Shown in pieces: positions 27,991 to 39,200 of a stretch of 64,000 bases of DNA; the stretch's first letter is position 1, and every line of letters starts with the position of its first letter. The notes beneath the pieces are model-generated. The model was not told where the DNA came from, made no database searches, and saw only the letters and a list, made by a program, of their open reading frames with translations. The position numbers and the translations under genes are program-made. The DNA comes from an uncultured bacterium (GTDB taxonomy: Bacteria > Patescibacteriota > Patescibacteriia > SG8-24 > DYFX01): contig CALCDZ010000003.1 in the NCBI GenBank assembly GCA_937900255.1, positions 63,149-127,148 on the forward strand, given 5' to 3'.

Positions 27991-29134
27991 ATGAAGGATA
28001 TTCTTGAACGGGTTGAAACCCTCCGCGCGAAGATCGCTTCGACGCGGAGGTTGCTTTGACGACGCCGCCACCCGCGAGGAACTGAAGAAGTACGAGGAGC
28101 AGATGCATGATCCGGGCTTCTGGAACGCTCCGGACCGCGCCCGCGTGATCGCCCAGAAGGTCGACGAGATCCGCGGGGAACTGGAGACGTGGGACGTCTT
28201 GGAGAAGGGCGTCGCCGACCTCAAGGAACTCGCAGCGGGGCTGAAGCCGGAAGAAGAAGCCGAGTTCCGCCCGGAAATCGAGCAGCAGATGGCCGATCTC
28301 GAGAAGAAGTTCTCCGAGGTCGAGTTCCTGGTGCTGTTTTCCGGACGTTACGACGGCAACAACGCCATCGTCACCTTCCATGCCGGGTCCGGCGGCACCG
28401 AAGCGCAGGATTGGGCCGAGATGCTGTTCCGCATGGTCGTCCGCTTCTGCGAGAAGAAGGGCTGGAAGGTGCGGATGCTGAGCGAAAGCAAGGGGCAGGA
28501 AGCCGGCCTCAAGAGCGCCACGGTCGAAATCACCGGCCGCCATGCCTACGGCTATCTCAGGAGCGAGAACGGCGTGCATCGCCTGGTGCGGATCTCGCCT
28601 TTCGACGCCGCCAAGGCGCGGCACACGTCCTTCGCCATGATCGAGGTCATGCCCGACATCGGCGACGCGGAAGACATCAAGATCGAGCAGAAGGATCTGC
28701 GCATCGACACGTTCCTCTCCGGCGGCCACGGCGGCCAGGGCGTGCAGACGACCTACTCTGCCGTCCGCATCGTGCACATCCCGACCGGCATCATGACGAC
28801 CTGCCAGAACGAGCGCAGCCAGCAGCAGAACCGCGAGACCGCCATGAAGATGCTCAAGTCGAAGCTTGCGGCCATCGAGGAGGAGAAGCATCAGAAGGAA
28901 TTGCAGGGCATCCGGGGCGAATATCACAGCGCCGAGTGGGGCAACCAGATCCGCTCCTACGTCCTCCAGCCGTACCGCATGGTCAAGGATCACCGCACCA
29001 AATTCCGTACGGGCGACACCGAGGCGGTGCTCGGCGGCGCCATCGACGAGTTCATCGAAGCGTATCTCAAGTGGTCGAAAGATCCGACCGCGTATCTCGC
29101 CTCCCATGCCCAAGAAGATGAAGACGAAGAATAA
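27991..29134 (+). CDS. prfB: Peptide chain release factor 2 with programmed +1 frameshift at 28054-28060
   Basis: ATG 27991 reads MKDILERVETLRAKIASTRRLL then GGAGG-TTG-CTT-TGA-C; the +1 frame has GGTEAQDWA, RISPFD (SPF), GGQ, QIRSYVL. Confidence 0.96.
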
Positions 29135-30053
29135 GACGGCGCTCGTGACCGGCGGAGCCGGATTCATCGGGTCGCATCTGGTCGATCGGCTGGTCGAAGC
29201 CGGCTTCACCGTCGCCGTCGTCGATGACCTTACGAACGGGCGCCGCGAATACCTCAATCCCAAGGCGCATTTTTACGGCATCAGCGTGACGTCGCCGAAG
29301 CTCGGGGTCGTGTTCGCTGCCGAGAAGCCGGACGTCGTCTTCCACTTGGCGGCGCACATCGACGCGCGCGTCTCGGTCCGAGACTCGATCCATGATGCCG
29401 AGGTCAATATCCACGGTGCCTTGAAGGTACTTGAGCAGTGCATCAGGCACGGCGTGAAGAAGATCGTATTTTCCAGCTCCGGGGGCGCCATCTATCACGA
29501 CGCGAAGAAGCTCCCGACGCCCGAAACCGAAGCGCCCTCGCCGCTCACGCCCTACGGCGTCTCGAAGCTTGCGTTCGAGCACTACCTCCATGCGGCCTGG
29601 CATCACTTCAAGCTGCCGTACGTCGCCCTGCGCTACGCCAACGTCTACGGCCCGCGCCAGGACCAGAAAGGGGAGGGCGGCGTGGTCGGCGTCTTCTGCA
29701 AGATGCTGCTGGAAGGGAAGAAGCCCGCCGTCTACGGCGATGGAAAACAGACGCGCGATTTCGTCTACGTCGACGACGTCGTCGAAGCCAACCTGAAAGC
29801 GATGCGTTCCCCCAAGGTCGGCGTCTACCATATCGCCACCGGCAAGGAGACGAGCGTCGCCACGGTCGCTAAGCTGGCGGCGGAAGCCTTCGCCTGGACC
29901 AAGGGTTTCGGCAAAGGCCCCGCCACTCCCGGCGACGTGAAGCGCAGTCGTCTGGACGCCCGAAAGGCCAAGCGCGAGTTGGGTTGGAGCGCCAAGACCG
30001 GCTTCAAGGACGGTCTCAAGATGACGGCGGCCTGGTTCAAGACGAGACGCTGA
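29118..30053 (+). CDS. NAD-dependent epimerase/dehydratase (GalE-like)
   Basis: LVTGGAGFIGSH, YGVSK, RYANVYGPRQ, GKQTRDFVYV. Confidence 0.9.
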   Translation: MKTKNKTALVTGGAGFIGSHLVDRLVEAGFTVAVVDDLTNGRREYLNPKAHFYGISVTSPKLGVVFAAEKPDVVFHLAAHIDARVSVRDSIHDAEVNIHGALKVLEQCIRHGVKKIVFSSSGGAIYHDAKKLPTPETEAPSPLTPYGVSKLAFEHYLHAAWHHFKLPYVALRYANVYGPRQDQKGEGGVVGVFCKMLLEGKKPAVYGDGKQTRDFVYVDDVVEANLKAMRSPKVGVYHIATGKETSVATVAKLAAEAFAWTKGFGKGPATPGDVKRSRLDARKAKRELGWSAKTGFKDGLKMTAAWFKTRR

Positions 30054-30054
30054 T

Positions 30055-30690
30055 ATGATCATCTTCAAGATCGATCCCAAGAAGCCCGATGCCGCGTCCT
30101 TGAAGAAGGCCACGGATGTCTTGAGGTCCGGCGGCCTGGTCGTCTATCCGACCGAGACGGCCTATGCGCTCGGCTGCGACCCGAAAAACGCCAAGGCCGT
30201 GAAGCGGCTTTTTTCCGTGAAGAAGCGGGATGCGGCGAAGCCCTTGGCGATGATCGCGTCCGCGCCGGCCATGGCCAAGCGTTTCCTGAAGCTTGATCGT
30301 TATGCGCGCATCCTGGCCGACGCTTTCTGGCCGGGTCCGCTCACGCTCGTCGCCAAGCCGTTCGTCCGGCTCGCGCCGGGGATCGCTTCCAAGCGGGGAG
30401 AGATCGCCCTGCGCGTCAGTCCGCACCCGGTGGCCGTGGCGCTTTCGAAAGCGCTCGGGCGTCCGATCGTCTCGACCTCGGCCAACCTCTCCGGCAAAGC
30501 CGGTTCCTTCGACGCCGCTTCCGCCCTGCGGGATCTTGGGACCTCGCCGGATCTCTTGATCGATGCCGGACCGCTCCCGCCCGCGCCCGTCTCGACCCTC
30601 GCCCGTTTCGCGGGCGGCGTCTGCGAAGTCCTGCGCGAAGGCGCCGTCACCGAAGAGGACCTGCACCGCGAACTGATGCGCCGCCTATGA
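30055..30690 (+). CDS. tsaC: L-threonylcarbamoyladenylate synthase (TsaC/Sua5/YrdC)
   Basis: YPTETAYALG, KKR..KPL, FWPGPLTL, STSANLSG. Confidence 0.92.
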   Translation: MIIFKIDPKKPDAASLKKATDVLRSGGLVVYPTETAYALGCDPKNAKAVKRLFSVKKRDAAKPLAMIASAPAMAKRFLKLDRYARILADAFWPGPLTLVAKPFVRLAPGIASKRGEIALRVSPHPVAVALSKALGRPIVSTSANLSGKAGSFDAASALRDLGTSPDLLIDAGPLPPAPVSTLARFAGGVCEVLREGAVTEEDLHRELMRRL

Positions 30691-31847
30691 CCGCTTTCGG
30701 CGACGTCATGCAGCGCTTCTTGGCCACTCACGCCTCGAAGCAGATGAAGGGCTTGATGTCGGCCACCGCGCTCCTGGATTTCGCGCTTTCGGCGATCAGC
30801 CTGTTCGAACCGATCTATCTTTATACCCTTCACTGGTCGCTTTCGGCCATCTGCCTGTTCTATTTCGGCGTCTATGCGGCGGCATTCTTCCTGTTGCCGA
30901 TCGGCGCGCGCTATGCCGGACGCATCGGTTTCCAGCATTCCATCCTTTTCAGCTGCCCGTTCCTGATTTCCTACTACCTCTCCCTTTACGCCATCCCGAA
31001 GCACCCCGCGTTCATCGCGCTCGCCATCGTCTCGTACGGCCTGCAGAAATCCCTGTACTGGCCCGGTTTCGACGCCGAGATGGCCGCTTTCGGGCATGAT
31101 GGGGAACGTTGCCGCGAAATCTCCAACCTGACGAGCCTGACCTCCTTCGCCGCCATCCTCGGACCGACCTTCGGCGGCCTCATGGTCGGGGCGCTCGGGT
31201 TCCCGGCCGCGTTCGCCGTCATCGGGCTGCTGATGCTGCTCTCCAACATCCCGCTCCTCTCGATGCCGCAGGAGCGTTCGAGCGACGGCCTGCCGTACCT
31301 CGCGGCCATCCGTCGCGTCTTCGCCAAGGAACATCGACGGCTCACGCTGGCCCTTTCCGGCTTCGGCGAGGAGTTCGTGGCGCTCGTCATCTGGCCGGTC
31401 TTCATCTACGCGACGCTTCGAGGCTTCGCCGTCACCGGCCTGCTGGTCTCGATCTCCCTCCTGCTCTCGACCGTGGCCTTGCTGTTCATCGGGCGCCTGT
31501 CGGACCTGCAGAGCCGGCACGCCGTCCTGCGCACCGGATCGATCTTCACGGCCGTTTCCTGGGTCATCCGCCCGTTCCTGCTCGGCCCGGTCGGCCTCCT
31601 GGCCGGCGACTTCTTCTATCGCGTCTCGAGAGCCATGCTCGGCGTCCCGCTCGTGGCCCTGATGTACGAGCGTGCCGGGAAAGGGCCGTTGCTCGAACGC
31701 ACGGCGCTCTATGAGATGAGCATCTTCAGGGGCAAGGCGGTCATGATGCTCGTCGGCGCGGCGATCGCTTTCGCGCTGCCGGGGAACTTCGCCGTCTTCT
31801 TCGTCCTCGCGGCGCTCGCGTCGCTCCTGTACGGACGCCTTCCTTGA
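30687..31847 (+). CDS. MFS transporter
   Basis: ~12 TM helices; GRLSD motif A in the second half. Confidence 0.8.
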   Translation: MTAFGDVMQRFLATHASKQMKGLMSATALLDFALSAISLFEPIYLYTLHWSLSAICLFYFGVYAAAFFLLPIGARYAGRIGFQHSILFSCPFLISYYLSLYAIPKHPAFIALAIVSYGLQKSLYWPGFDAEMAAFGHDGERCREISNLTSLTSFAAILGPTFGGLMVGALGFPAAFAVIGLLMLLSNIPLLSMPQERSSDGLPYLAAIRRVFAKEHRRLTLALSGFGEEFVALVIWPVFIYATLRGFAVTGLLVSISLLLSTVALLFIGRLSDLQSRHAVLRTGSIFTAVSWVIRPFLLGPVGLLAGDFFYRVSRAMLGVPLVALMYERAGKGPLLERTALYEMSIFRGKAVMMLVGAAIAFALPGNFAVFFVLAALASLLYGRLP

Positions 31848-31848
31848 T

Positions 31849-32628
31849 ATGCCGACGCGACGCTATGGACAGCATTTCCTGACCGACCGGTCGATCGTCG
31901 CCAAGATCGCCGCCGGCGCGGGCGTCTCCAAGGACGACGCCGTGCTTGAAATCGGCCCAGGGCGCGGCATCCTGACGCGGGCGCTCGCGGAGACCGCCCG
32001 CAGGGTCCTGACGGTGGAGATCGACCGGCGGCTGCACGCGCTGCTCGTGGAGGACGGGCTTCCGGGCAACGTCGAACTCTTGCGGAGCGACGCCCTGGCG
32101 CTCGAACCCGCCGACCTCGCCGCCAAGCTCGGCACGGATTGGAAACTGGTCGCCAACCTTCCCTACGAGATCACCTCGAAGACGCTCGAAAAGTTCCTGC
32201 CGATGCGCTCGCGCACCGGAACCGGCCCGACGTCCATCACGCTGATGCTTCAGAAGGAGGTAGGGGAGCGCATCCTGGCCAAGCCGGGCGCGATGAACCG
32301 CCTGGCGCTCTTCTGTGGATATTATTCCGTGCCGGCGCGGCTTTTCTCCGTCGCGCGCGGGGCGTTTTCGCCGCCTCCGAACGTCGATTCCTGCGTCATA
32401 CGTCTGGACGTCAGGGAGGACGTCGCTTTGGATGGGGATGAAGAAGCCTTGTTTTTCAGGCTGATTGAGGCGGCTTTCTCCGAAAAACGCAAGCAGATCA
32501 AGAATACGATCGGAGGACTGCTCGGTCCGGCCGCTTCCGACCGCCTCGCCGCCGCCGGGCTTTCCCTGTCCGTCCGACCGGAGGAAATCAGCTTGAATCA
32601 GTGGGTAACCTTGGCGCATCGGATGTGA
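31849..32628 (+). CDS. rsmA: 16S rRNA (adenine-N6)-dimethyltransferase
   Basis: GQHFL, VLEIGPGRG, VANLPYEIT, QKEVGER, FSPPPNVDS. Confidence 0.95.
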   Translation: MPTRRYGQHFLTDRSIVAKIAAGAGVSKDDAVLEIGPGRGILTRALAETARRVLTVEIDRRLHALLVEDGLPGNVELLRSDALALEPADLAAKLGTDWKLVANLPYEITSKTLEKFLPMRSRTGTGPTSITLMLQKEVGERILAKPGAMNRLALFCGYYSVPARLFSVARGAFSPPPNVDSCVIRLDVREDVALDGDEEALFFRLIEAAFSEKRKQIKNTIGGLLGPAASDRLAAAGLSLSVRPEEISLNQWVTLAHRM

Positions 32629-32640
32629 TACCATGGGGGC

Positions 32641-33264
32641 ATGGCCGATGATCTGCAGATCACGGACGGGCAGCCCCAAGGACACCGCGCGGGGGCGTGG
32701 GTCGTTTTGATTATGGGCATCGCCGGGCTCGGCCTCGGGATCTATCAGTGGCAAGGTTCTTTCGCCTCGGCCTTCAAGCAGGTCGGCAGCGGATTCAAGA
32801 CGCCCGACCAGGTCGAGGCCGAACGGATCGCCGGGCTGAAGACCAAGGATACGGACGGGGATGGGCTCACCGATTACGAGGAGACCTACATCTACAAGAC
32901 CAGCCCGTACCTCAAGGACTCCGATTCGGATGGCGTGGATGACAGGACGGAAGTCGAAAAGGGCAGCGACCCGAATTGCACGAAAGAATCGTGCGGCTCC
33001 GGCATCGCTTCGGCCGGGTCGGTCGGGACATCCGGAACGGGCACATCCATCAGCTCCGCTACGGGCACCGATGGTGCGGCGCAGCTCCAGGCGGACGTGG
33101 CGGACCAGCTCCTGAACCCGACGCCCGACCAGATCCGCACGCTGCTCATCCAGGCCGGCGCGAAGAGCGAGGACCTCAAAGGCATCGACGACGCCACGCT
33201 TCTCGACCTGTACCGCCAGTCCCTCGCCGAGGTCCAGCGCAAGTCATCGACGACCACTCCCTGA
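32641..33264 (+). CDS. Membrane-anchored protein with bacterial TSP3-like Ca-binding repeats
   Basis: TM followed by DTDGDGLTDYEE..YKTSPYLKDSDSDGVDDRTEV..GSDP. Confidence 0.8.
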   Translation: MADDLQITDGQPQGHRAGAWVVLIMGIAGLGLGIYQWQGSFASAFKQVGSGFKTPDQVEAERIAGLKTKDTDGDGLTDYEETYIYKTSPYLKDSDSDGVDDRTEVEKGSDPNCTKESCGSGIASAGSVGTSGTGTSISSATGTDGAAQLQADVADQLLNPTPDQIRTLLIQAGAKSEDLKGIDDATLLDLYRQSLAEVQRKSSTTTP

Positions 33265-33273
33265 CCCCCACCT

Positions 33274-36200
33274 ATGCGCGAAAGGCCATCCGGACGGAAA
33301 ACACGCTCGCTCGCCGCCCCGCTTCTCGCGATCCTCGTCGCGACCGGCGTTTTCGGTTCAGGAATCGTCGCCCCGAGTCCTGCGCAGGCCCAGCTCATCG
33401 TCAGTGACCCTGGTGCCACCGCCGCCGGAACCGTCTCTGCCGCCGCCAACACCACCACCGCTTCCGCGCAGGTCAAGCAAAGCGCCTGGGACGTCCTGAA
33501 GATCGCTCTCACCAACACGGCCGAACTGGCCATCCTGAACGGTGCCAACTATTTCGCGCAGAAAGTCGCCTACGACACGGCCAACTACGTCGCTTCGGGC
33601 GGCAACGGCCAGACGCCGTTCTTCCACACCGAAGGCGTTCTCGATTATCTCGGCAGCACGGCCAAGGACGCCGCCGCCGACGTCCTCGGCACCCTGAGCA
33701 AGGACCCGAACACTTTCGGGAAATACGGCTTCAACCTGTGCGCCCCGAGCGATCCGCACGTCAGCCTCATCATCAAGACCGGATTCCTGAACGGCTTGCC
33801 CGGACTGTTGGGCGGCTCGACCGGAGGGCCGAAACCTTCCTGCAGCTGGGATACGATTTCGCGCAACTGGGACCAGTTCTCCCACCTCGATTCGGACACG
33901 GTGCTGAACAACGTCGGGGTGATGTTCACGCCCGGCCAGAGCTCGCTTTCGGCCGCCATCCAGGTGAACAACGCCGCGCTCGCGGAAATCAGCAAGAAGC
34001 AGGAGGCCGCCGTCAACGATTTCGTCGCCAACAACGGGTTCATCAGCAAAGTCTCCAAGATCGGCGGCAAGGTCCTGACCCCGGCCGATACCATCAAGAC
34101 CCAACTGAACCTTTCCCTCGAAAACGGCTGGAAGCAAGGGGACCAGACGGTCGCGATCAGCAACGGCGCGTTCGGTAACGCGGCCTTCGGCATCCTGCCG
34201 GCCGCTCTCCATACCTTCACGAACACCCTGGCGGAATCGATGATGAAGAAGGTGTTCGACAGGGGCCTGATCACGCTCAACGACATCCTCGGCAATAACA
34301 AGGGCGATACGGCGCTGACGTTCGATGGCGGTTCGTCTCCCGGAGGCAGGGCGTCGGCCGAGCTTTCGAACGCCTCGCTCCTGACCCCGAAGATCCTTTC
34401 GATCACCAACTATAACGCCCTGACCGATTTCGCCGCCTGCCCCGCCGGAAGCCAGCGCGGACCGGACAACTGCGTCATGGACGGACAGTTCTTCACGGCG
34501 GTCAACCGCGCGTCGCAGGGGTCGCCTCTGACCGTGCGCCAGGCAGTGGCGCAGGGGCTCTTGAAGGCGAACTGGCCGCTCCTTCCGCTGGCGCACGGGA
34601 AGAACCACGAATCGACCTGCTACAACGAGGCGTTCTGCTACAGCAACCTGGTCAAGCTCCGCAAGGCCAGCGTCCTTCCGATCGGCTGGGAACTCGCCGC
34701 CAATTCGCCCTTCAACGACGTCAGCCGGCCGATCACGCTCGCGGAAGCCATGAATCGCTTCGACGACTGTCCCACCAAGCCGGATGGCAGCGTCGACGCC
34801 TCCAAGCTGCCCGACCCCTTGCATCCCTGGTGTCACTTGATCGATCCGGAGTGGGTGCTGAAATATCCCGTCCAGATCTGCCGGCAACAGGCGCCCGGTC
34901 CGACCCTCGTGTCTTCGGAATCCCCGGCGCGCGCCCTCACTTGCGTCGATCAAGCCACGTGCATCGCCCAGGACGCTGCAGGCAACTGCGTCGGCGGCTA
35001 CGGCTATTGCGTGCGCGAGAAGAACGTCTGGAACCTGGACGCCGACGCCTGCCCGGCCGCCTACGCCAGCTGCACCACCTTCCGCCGCGCCGACGGGGCG
35101 TCGGCCTCGTACCTGTCCACCACGCTCGACAGCGGTTCGTGCAACGGACAGAACGCCGGATGCCGCCAATACAGCCAGTCGCAGAACGCCGTCCCGAACG
35201 GCGGGTTTGAGGATCTCCTGGACGGGAAAGCGCGCGATTGGACGCTCTCTCCGGGCGCCCGTCTGAGCCGCTCCGGCCTCCTGGCCGAACGCGGATTGGA
35301 CGCCGTCGGGCTCGCGAACGGTGCCGTCGCCAGCGTCGTGATCCCTTCGCTGCAGCCGTCTTCGCCATACGTGCTCTCCGCCTCCGTGCTCCAGGAGTTC
35401 GAGGCGTCCGCCCCGGTCGGCACGGTCACGCTGAAGCTGTTCCGCGCCGACGGCAGCCCTGTTTCGGCGACGGACCTCAAGACCACCTGCACGTACCGCC
35501 AAGGAGACCCCTCCGTCTCTTTGGACATTTCCGCCACGCACCTCGGCTACCTGTCCGGTTCCTGTTCGATCACGCTTCCGAACGACGCCGCGTCCGGAAA
35601 GATCGAGCTGAGCAGCACCACCGCCCAGTCCGGCAATCGCGCCTGGTTCGACGACGTCGGCTTGTACGGCGCTTCGTTCTCGGCTTCGCCGTATGACAGC
35701 CTTCTCCTGAACGGCAAGGTGCAGAAGTGCGCCTCCGACCAGGCCGGGTGCACGGACCTTGTCCGTATGTCGACCGGCACGCTCAACCTGGTGCGCGACC
35801 CGAGTTTCGAGACGCCGGACTCTTCCGGCAACCCCAAATACTGGAGCGTCCCGACCCCCGGCACGTATGAGAAGGGGACGTTCAAGGGCTTCGACGGCGT
35901 TTCCGCCATGCGTCTCGACGCGAACGGCGTAAGCCAGGACGTCACCGGGGTCTTGGCGTCCGCTTCGTACGTCTTCTCGGCCTATACCAAGCTTGGCGGG
36001 GCGGTTTCCGGCAATCCGCGGGCCCTCGTCCAGCTGTACGATACCAGCACTCCGCCTGCTCCGGTCGCTCCCACGTCCGTCACCGGCTGCCAGGTTTCCG
36101 GTACCGGCATCCGCCTCGACTTGGCGGCCGGTTCGGATTACCGGCGCGCCGCCTGCGCTTTCACGACGCCGACGGATGTCGGATACGCGCGCGTCACGCT

Positions 36201-39200
36201 CATCGCCGATAACGGCAGTTCCGCGCTGGTCGACGCCGTGCAGCTGGAGCTCTCCGTCGAACCGACCGGGTATCACGAGGCGTATCCTTCGACGGCCCAG
36301 CACGTCTACCTGAAGACCATGCCGGAGGGATTGGACTGCGCCGGTCCCGACCGCGCTCCCGAGTGCGCCAACTACGCTCCGTCGTGCCGCCGCGAAGAAG
36401 TCGGATGCGACTCCTATAAGCCGGACGACGGCGGCATCGCCATCCCTGCCGTGACGACCGCAGGCGACGCCTGCCCGACGGAGTGCGTCGGATACGATAC
36501 GTTCAAGGAAGAACCGTCGAACTTCAACGACCCTCGCTTCCCGCTGTTCCTCGTGCCGTCCACCGCGCAGAGCTGTTCGGCGGCCGAAGCCGGATGTTCC
36601 GAGTTCACGAACGTCCAGAAGCTCGCGAACGGGGGAGAGTCGAGGGAGGATTTCAGCTACCTGCGCCTGTGCGCCAAGCCGGACCAGAACGCCGGCACTT
36701 TCTACACCTGGGAAGGCAACGACTCGAAGGGGTATCAGCTCCGGACATGGACGCTCCTCAAGAGCCGCATCGCTTCGTCGCCCGTCGGGGGCTCCGACCC
36801 CACCGGCGGCAACGCGCCGTGCACCAAGCTCGCGTACGACAACGCCGGCCGCCCGGCCTGCGCCGATGATGCCGCAAGCGTCGCCGCCGCCTCCTGCCTC
36901 AAATCCGACCTGCTCGCCAATCCGGATTGCCGCGAATTCTACGACGCGGCCGGCGACATCCATTACCGCCTCTACTCCAAGACGGTCGTCGTGAGCGACG
37001 CCTGCACCGAGTATCGCATCACCAAGAGCACGGAAACGGAATGCGGCGCGCATGGCGGGTCTTGGCGCAATCAGGAATGCCATTACTTCGCGTACGCTCC
37101 GGAAAGCCAGAGCTGCCGCGCCGCGGCGGTCGGCTGCCGCGCCTATTCCGGGAACGCTTCGCGCAACGTGCGCGTCGCCCTCGCCGCCGATTTCGAATCC
37201 GGCACCACCGGCGGATGGGTTTCCGCGCCGGGCGGCGGGGCCACGACGGACGTCGCGAACAGCAACGAATCCGTGGCCGCCGGCGGCCACTCCCTCAAGG
37301 TCAGCCGCGCCACCGTCACGAAGGACGTCTCCTCCATCGTCAAGAAAGGGAAGTCCTACCTGCTGACCTTCTGGGCGAAGGGCACCGGCGACCTGACGAT
37401 CGCGTTCAGCTCCGCCGGCGACCGGGCATTCACGTTCAATCGCGTGACGGGGCAGCCCGCGCCCGTCGCGCTCGGCACCGAATGGAAGCCGTACCAGGTC
37501 GGCCCGGTTTCGGCGGTCAATGCTGCGGCGTTCTCCGCCGCCGGGGCCGCCGGAAACGAGCAATTGACGGTCTCGCGTTCCGGGTCCGGTTCGCCGCTCT
37601 TCTATCTCGACAACATCGAGCTGCGCGAAGTGACCGATGACCTGTACCTCATCCGGGACAGCTGGCAGACCCCGGCTTCCTGCGACCGGACGCCGTCGGG
37701 GGATTCTTCCCCGCAGTACATGCTCGGGTGCCGGGGCTATCGCGATCGCTCCTCCCGGAGCGTCGCCCTCAAATCCTTCGATCGCATCTGCCGTCCGGAA
37801 GCGGTCGGCTGCGAAGCGATGTATGATACGCGCCACACCGCCTCTCCTTTCCCTCAGACGTTCGGGGCGGTCTGTTCGCTCGGCGCGGCCTGCGCGCCCT
37901 CTGCCGGGGCCGTGACTTGCCCGTGCAAGATCGCCGGCCAGACGGTCTGCGAGGCGGCTTCCGGCGCGTCCACCTGCCGTTATGACATCGATGATTCCGT
38001 GCCCGCTTCGCGCGTCAGCCCTTCGGGCGACACGGTCCGCATCCCGGCCGACGGCGTCACCTATCTCGTGAACGACGCCCGGTACGCCTGCACGTCGGAC
38101 AACGTCGGCTGCACGATGATGGGGGACAAGACCTTGAACCGCGAGCGTACGGCGGTCCAGGGCTGGAAGACCGTCTACTTCAAGAACGATCCGGCCACGT
38201 ACGCCGACACCCTCTGCAGGAAGACCGAAGAATACTGCCAGGCATACACCAGGGGAGCGGACGGGTCTTCGGCCTATTTCAAGGATCCGGAGCTCCGTAC
38301 CTGCGAGTTCAAGGAGAACGTCGCCGGTTATTCCGGTTGGTTCAAGACCGGGACGAGCGACCCGTGCTACGCGGATTATCTGCAAGCCGGCACCCAGTAC
38401 GGAATCTGGAAGAACTCGGACGCCCCGTACGCCGCCTGGGCCGGCCAGTGCGAACCCCAATACGACCAGTGCAAGGAGTTCGTCGATCCCCAGGACACCA
38501 GCACGCTGCACCCGAACGGCCAGCCGTACTACGCCATCAAGAACGCGCGTCTCGACAGCTCCTCCTGCCAGAACCGCGCCAGCCTGACCAAGTCGCCTTC
38601 GGGAGCCGACAGCGCTTCCGCCTGCGTGCTCTTCTGGCAGACCGACGACCTTCTCAAGACGTTCGATGCCGCCGCCACCTACCAGGCTTCCGACGCCCAG
38701 CGCGGCGGGCTCGTCAGCGCCGTGAGCAGCGACCGCAATGACGCCAACGTCGTCCTGAAGGTGGCACGCGACCGCCAATGCGGCGAATGGCTCGATTGCC
38801 GTTCGAGCGAAACCGTCTTCAATCAGACGTCAGGGCAGTACCAGAACGTCTGCACGTCTTTCGGGCTGTGCGCCCAATATGAACGCGTCGGCAACACGAC
38901 CCGCTGCGTACGTTACGTGGACAGCGCCTACACGGGACAGACCCTCAGCACCAAGATTTATCAGGCGCGTGATACCGGCTGGAAGGGGCTTGAATACACC
39001 AGCTACGCCATCCCGAACCAGTATCCGGTCAACGAGCTCGTGACGATGGACGTGAGTTCCGGCACGCGTTCTTCCAAGCCGGACCTCCGTCTCGTGCGCG
39101 TCAGGGGCGCCTGCGCCGGAGCGTATGGCTCCGCATGCGGACCCTCGGACGATCCAGGCACCTGCCTTGGTCCCTCGAACGCCAGGAAGTGCGTCTATCC

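Noticed and set aside
28004-29134. prfB as a pseudogene, or starting at TTG 28004
   Set aside because: Explained by the programmed frameshift from ATG 27991.
33358-38778. 1806-aa minus-strand ORF
   Set aside because: Antisense shadow of the giant gene. High GC3 codon bias removes stops in this frame; the sequence is V/G/A/R-rich with no motifs.
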